Source: Spirochaetia bacterium
GTDB lineage: Bacteria; Spirochaetota; Spirochaetia; SZUA-6; Bin103
Length of the DNA stretch: 64,000 nt
Assembly: GCA_965208575.1 (NCBI GenBank)
Contig: CBDBOV010000005.1
Coordinates: forward strand, 928,001 to 992,000
Direction of reading: 5' to 3'
Each line of letters starts with the position of its first letter. Within the stretch, counting starts at the first letter, position 1. Both the position numbers and the translations under genes were made by a program. Positions 59,268 to 64,000 of this stretch are shown here, piece after piece. A model generated the notes under the pieces. The model ran no database searches, had not been told where the DNA came from, and worked only from the letters and a program-made list of their open reading frames with translations.

Positions 59268-59534
59268 TCAGAACACATCCTCCGGCAGTGCAGGAGGATC
59301 GGCTGCCTCCGGCACATCCTCGCCGAGCGGCCTGAGTCCGGGGAGGATCTCGGCCAGGGGACGTCGACGCGCGACGGGCTCGACGATCAGACGGTCTTCT
59401 TCTTTGCGCAGAATGACCTCGTCACCCGGAAACTCCAGCTCGCGCGGTATCCGCAACGCTTGATTGCGGCCGTTTCGGAACAGCCTGGCGCGGCGCAGGC
59501 CCTGCGGCTGAGTTGACGGTTTGCCGTTCGGCAT
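59268..59534 (-). CDS. vapB: AbrB/MazE-type VapB antitoxin
   Basis: ARLFRNGRNQALRIPRELEFPGDEVILRKEEDRLIVEP. Confidence 0.9.
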   Translation of the reverse strand: MPNGKPSTQPQGLRRARLFRNGRNQALRIPRELEFPGDEVILRKEEDRLIVEPVARRRPLAEILPGLRPLGEDVPEAADPPALPEDVF

Positions 59535-59692
59535 ATGCCAAGCCTATACCAACGGGCCGCGCCGTGCCAACCCGGCCGGAGCCGGCCTCTTGCCAGGCCC
59601 GCCGGGGCGGCCCGACGGTCCGGCAAATCCTGGCAAGGAACGTACTTCATCGGCTGCGTGACGCTGACGGGCATGAAGACGTGACGCGGAAC

Positions 59693-60781
59693 TCAGAGCA
59701 ATGCCGGAAGCAGGGCGCGGCGTCGCCGCGGGTAGTCGGCAAAGGTTTTCCGATACCAGGAGTGGCGCCACAGCGCCCTCGGCACCAAGTTGGCGATGGT
59801 CCACATGGCGAACGCCAACCCGGACAGCGACCAGGTGAGCAGCGCGACCCCGACCCACTCGACGATCTCGCCGAGCAGGTTGGGGCACGAAACCAGGTCG
59901 AAGGGTCCGCGCGACGGCATCACGTAGGCATCGTTTGCCGCCTTGCGCAAACGGCTGAGCCGGTAGTCGCTCCACACATTGAGCGCTGCGCCACCGACCG
60001 CAAGTACCAGGCCGGCGATGACTAGTGGCCGCGCCAGCCAGCCGGAAGGATAGTAGACAGCGCCTGCTTCCCCGCCCGCGACCGCGTCGGCGACCGCCGC
60101 CGCGACATCGCGCACGTCGCACCACCAGTAGCCGCCCCTTACCAGGCAGGGCAACCGGCCGCCGGCGATCCCGAGCAGCATGCCGCCCACCGGTGTGGGG
60201 CGCCGGTCACCGGGCCCCAGGAGCCCGGACGGGCAGACCAGAGATGCGTCGAGCTTCCCGTCGCGAGCCGCCTCCAGCACAGCGGCGTGGGCTTGCGCCT
60301 TGGTCGCGCCGCAAGGTACGCGCCACGCCAAGGCGAGCGGCGAATCCGCGCCGAGCGACGTGCCTCGCAACGGCCCGAAGGCATGGATGGAACTTACGTG
60401 CACCAGCTTGCCGAGCCCGCCGGCGATGCAGGCGGCAATCACGTTGCGGGTGCCAACTAGGTTTACGGCGTGCGCCTCTCCTTCAGCGTCGCAGTCGACG
60501 CGCACCGCGGCGGCTGTGTGAATCACCGCACACGGCGCCGCGCCGCGCCGCCTTCACCGAACCGGGATCTCGATTTTCGCCGGTTACTCCTCGATCCGCG
60601 TGCCGACAGATTCCTGCGACCTGTCGTCGCCGCCGGTATGAGTAACGGCGCGCACCCGGCAGCCGCGCTCCAACAGTTCGCGGCACACGTGGCTGCCCAG
60701 AAAGCCGCCGGACCCGGTCACGGCCACCGTAGCGACGGCCTGCCCGGATGACGCCGGCGAGGGAGTCACGGCGGAGTTCAC
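59693..60781 (-). pseudogene. Decayed duplicate of the epimerase + 5alpha-reductase pair, fused by deletion
   Basis: Broken N-terminus (60584..60781); YGATK changed to CGATK; fusion GEAGAVY|YPSGWL near 60053 removes about 700 bp relative to the intact copy. Confidence 0.85.
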
Positions 60782-61014
60782 GGTGGCATGAGCCGGACGC
60801 GCTTGAATGATCTGTGCATTGGATATGCATTCCCGTTTGACCGGCCTGCTATGACCCTATGGGGTTCCCAGGGCCGTCAACGATCGGTGAGCTGCTGGTG
60901 AGTGATCGAACAGGTCCGATCGTTGACCCTTTACAACGACTTCTCGTGTACCGACCGCGAGTCCCGCGAGTCTGAACGCGTTCGATGTGGCAGACGGACG
61001 TGCGAAGGGCGATG

Positions 61015-61030
61015 TTCACTATACAGTGAA
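61015..61030. promoter_or_regulatory. Inverted repeat in the AT-rich promoter region of the AbiE-like operon
   Basis: TTCACT-ATAC-AGTGAA. Confidence 0.5.
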
Positions 61031-61094
61031 TATTGCCCTTCTCTTGAACATACGCTATAGTAAGCATATTTGCTGAACAGCAAAGTGGGCGAGA

Positions 61095-62195
61095 ATGCTG
61101 ATGCTTGGCTCGGAGGTCATGGAGAAACAGCTGCTCGAAGCGTTCCTGGAGGCCCTGCGCGAGCTGCCCGACGTGCAGGCGGAGTTCGGTGGCGTCGAAC
61201 ACCCGGGTGGAACCGATCTAGGACATGACGCACAGGTTGAGCTCCATGCGGGTGGGAAGGCGGCCACCCTACTGATACAGGTGAAGAAGGCCGTATATCC
61301 CCGTGACGTCCGGCAGGCGCTCTGGCAGAATCGGGAATCCGCACGTAAACGGCTTGAGCTGGTGGAAGGACGGCGGCCGTCGTTCGTCCTGGTCGCCCAA
61401 TCGATTTCACCTGGCGCCAAGGAGTTACTGAGGAACGAACGAGTTGGCTACTACGACAGCGGCGGCAGCCTGTTTCTTCCTGTCGCCAGCATCTACGTCT
61501 ACGTGGACAAGCCACCACCGAAGAGCTTGTCGAGGTACATCCGCTCCTTGTTTTCGGGCCGTCGTGCGCAAGTGCTGCACGCGGTCCTGGTGCGGGATCG
61601 AGAGTGGTTCGGAGTGAAGGAGATCGCCAACCGGGCCCGAGTATCGCCCGCGACCGCATCGCAAGTGTTGACAGAACTGGAGAGACTCGACTGGGTGGTG
61701 TCGCGTGGGCACGGCCCAGGCAAGGAACGCCACCTGCAAGAGCCCGGTGCGCTGCTGGATGCATGGGTGAACCAGCTGACGGTGATGCGACCCTTGTCCA
61801 TGCGGCGGTACTTTGTACCGTCGGCGCGTGCGGAGGGGTTGGTGGAGAAGTTCGCCGAGGTCTGCGTAGCGAGCAAGGCGGAGTACGCGATCACCCACGA
61901 GGCGGCCGGGCAACGGTACGCGCCGTTTCTGTCGACTGTCTCGCAGGTGCGTTGTCGCCTGCTGGACGGCCCGGCAGCTGATCGGGCGCTTGGCGCGCTG
62001 GATGCTCGACTCGTCGACCAAGGCGCGAACCTATCGGTCATTAAGGTCAAGTCGTCGGACGAGCTGCTGTTTCGCGAGTTCGTGAACGGGATCTGGCTCG
62101 CAAGCGCGGTACAGGTCTACCTCGACCTGATGCGTAGCGAGGGTCGCGCGAAGGACATGGCGAATCACCTACGCCACGAAAGAATCGGTTTCTGA
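61095..62195 (+). CDS. AbiEi-like antitoxin / wHTH transcriptional regulator
   Basis: wHTH (EIANRARVSPATASQVLTELERLDWV), PGALLDAW, AITHEAA, VQVYLDL..GR. Start may be 61119. Confidence 0.7.
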   Translation: MLMLGSEVMEKQLLEAFLEALRELPDVQAEFGGVEHPGGTDLGHDAQVELHAGGKAATLLIQVKKAVYPRDVRQALWQNRESARKRLELVEGRRPSFVLVAQSISPGAKELLRNERVGYYDSGGSLFLPVASIYVYVDKPPPKSLSRYIRSLFSGRRAQVLHAVLVRDREWFGVKEIANRARVSPATASQVLTELERLDWVVSRGHGPGKERHLQEPGALLDAWVNQLTVMRPLSMRRYFVPSARAEGLVEKFAEVCVASKAEYAITHEAAGQRYAPFLSTVSQVRCRLLDGPAADRALGALDARLVDQGANLSVIKVKSSDELLFREFVNGIWLASAVQVYLDLMRSEGRAKDMANHLRHERIGF

Positions 62196-63109
62196 TGGCG
62201 AAGCCCGCGACGTTCGACGGCTACAGCGATCAGTACACGGTTGACTGCGAACGTGTTCTTGTGACCCTGTTGCGCGGACTTGGCCCGTGGAAGGAGTCGG
62301 TGTGTCTGGTAGGGGGGCTGACTCCGAGATACCTCGTAGTGGCTCGGCCGCCGGAAGTGCCGGCGCACGCCGGCACGCTCGACGTGGACATCGTCATAGA
62401 CCTACAGATCCTGGCCGACACCTCGGGCTACCACACGCTCGAGCAGAACCTGCGAGCGATGAGGTTTGAGCGGTCGACGAACGAACGGGGCCAACGGCTT
62501 TCATGGCGGTGGCAGACCCGCACCGAAAACGGCGCGCTGATGGTGGTCGAGCTACTCGCCGACGCACCGGAGATTGCTGGTGGCAGGGTTGAGCCGCTGC
62601 CCACGGAAGGGAACATCTCTGCGCTCAATGTCCCGCACTCGTCCATCGTGTTCGATCTGCATAACGTCGCGGAGATTCGCGCAGAGCTTCTTGGCGACGG
62701 GGGAATCGCCATCGAAGACGTGAAACACGCCGATCTGGTGAGCTTCACTTGCTTGAAGGCGTTCGCCTTCGATCAACGCTTCGAGCGGAAGGACGCCCAT
62801 GACCCGATCTATTGCATTGAGCACGCGGAGGAGGGTCTCGACAGCGCTGCGCGAATGTTCCGTGAGGCCTTGAAGGGCGTGCACGGCGCAGTGATCCGGG
62901 AATGCTTGTCGATTCTTCGCAATCGTTTCGCAGGGGAAGGAGGGGTCGAGGGGTATCGGAAGGACGGTCCAGTAGCGGTTGCCCGCTTCGAACTGGGCGA
63001 AGGTGAGGAGGCTGCTCAGCGCGAAGCTCGGGTGCTCCGGCAGCGGGAGGTTAGTAGTGTGATCGAGCGACTCCTGGCTCGGATCGGTCTGGAGGCGGCA
63101 TGCCGCTGA
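62195..63109 (+). CDS. Nucleotidyltransferase (AbiEii-like, Pol-beta fold)
   Basis: TGATG overlap with the upstream gene; LVGGL..HAGTLDVDIVI, LKAFAF..RFERKDAHD. Confidence 0.7.
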   Translation: MAKPATFDGYSDQYTVDCERVLVTLLRGLGPWKESVCLVGGLTPRYLVVARPPEVPAHAGTLDVDIVIDLQILADTSGYHTLEQNLRAMRFERSTNERGQRLSWRWQTRTENGALMVVELLADAPEIAGGRVEPLPTEGNISALNVPHSSIVFDLHNVAEIRAELLGDGGIAIEDVKHADLVSFTCLKAFAFDQRFERKDAHDPIYCIEHAEEGLDSAARMFREALKGVHGAVIRECLSILRNRFAGEGGVEGYRKDGPVAVARFELGEGEEAAQREARVLRQREVSSVIERLLARIGLEAACR

Positions 63110-63981
63110 AGGCGGTTTTGTGGGAGTCAACAGATATCTGGATCCCGCGATTCCCGAGCTGTGCGGCGCACGACGAGACGCGATGGCGCTCTGGGCGTTG
63201 TTCACTAATCTGCTGAGAGCCGAACGAGAGGCGGTCGAGGACGCTGCGACTGCTGAGCCAAGTGAGCGGTGTTCTCCAGGACCAGATTCCGAGCCTACTG
63301 ATAAACACGTTTGGCGGCTACACTGCTTCGCGGTCCAATCCCCAGTGGATCAAGCGCGTAGAGGCGGAAGTGTCGGCACTGGTCGCACGGTTGTTGCAGG
63401 CGGGCCTCGCTGAGCGGGAGGGGGATCTCATCCACTTAACACTGCTTGGCCGGGCCTGCGGGTCGTCATCTCTATCCTTCGAGTCCGGTCTTCGCTTAAT
63501 CGAACTCATGCGGCCACTGCCCGCAGCGCAGACCGATCCGCTCCAGGTGCTTGGAATCCTCCAAGTTCTGTCCAAGCGTGCCTCACTGCTGAGCGACTGG
63601 ATTGAAGGAACGGCGGTCGACGAACTCGAACGGCGCTATTCAACCACGCCCTACGCGGGTGCGATCAGCTACGGTGACATCATCCGAATCGCGGACGGAG
63701 CTCGTTTTCATTTGCGCTCCGCGCATCAGATTCTTTCGACCCTCTTCCCGAACCAGCCGACATTCCTATCCAGACTGGACCGGCTTCTGAACCGGCTGGA
63801 GTTCGGACTACCGGAGGAGGCGCTGGCGCTAATGGGAATCCCGTTAGCCCTGACGCGCGGGCAGTATCTGGCCCTATTCGCGTCGGGTTGTACCGCCGCC
63901 AGCGAAGCAACGACTTTGCCAATAGAAACGCTAACCGATTGCATCGGCGCTGATAGGGCATCCCTGTTGACGGCGAGGTAG
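63100..63981 (+). pseudogene. Collapsed caspase-like + Ski2-like helicase fusion gene
   Basis: ATG 63100 MPLKAV, frameshift, then VGVNRYLDPAIPELCGARRDAMALWALF (peptidase C14-like start); then in another frame helicase C-terminal LINTFGGY, HLTLLGRACG, DWIEG..ELERRY, RLEFGLP. Confidence 0.6.
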
Positions 63982-64000
63982 AATAGCATCCAGCGTGGCG

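Noticed and set aside
55530-60824. Diversity-generating retroelement TR/VR pair (also considered for the 52261 repeats)
   Set aside because: No reverse transcriptase in the window and differences are not adenine-specific.

Overview
A GC-rich bacterial window, mostly accessory and metabolic genes. Origin is inference only: Spirochaete-style solute-binding-protein signal peptides (LFASGEEE, LWATGEGE), a sulfatase, a PhyH dioxygenase, several TA genes and an Ig-like repeat protein suggest a marine or sponge-associated Spirochaete. Recognisable genes: topA (5' part), recQ, modABC, an ABC-F ATPase, zwf, an M16 protease, an FGGY kinase, a sulfatase, three Opp/Dpp-type ABC clusters without ATPases and two type II TA pairs. 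The best candidate for a new system is a visibly lower-GC block of about 5.7 kb (46311-52006). It encodes a YprA/Hrq1-like DEAH helicase fused to a STAND-like ATPase, coupled to a second ATPase with a degenerate Walker B and a possible HEPN-like tail. The block is bracketed by a direct repeat of an ABC-permease 3' end (111 bp identical) and has no integrase. Other highlights: a putative R-x-R leader peptide/attenuator upstream of the ABC-F gene; an AbiE-like pair followed by a collapsed caspase-helicase gene; a 3beta-HSD-like plus steroid 5alpha-reductase-like pair with a decayed duplicate; an 8-repeat surface protein with one hypervariable loop per repeat; and recurrent internal-deletion pseudogenes. 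No rRNA, tRNA or CRISPR array was seen. All family calls rest on motif recognition by eye, not database searches.
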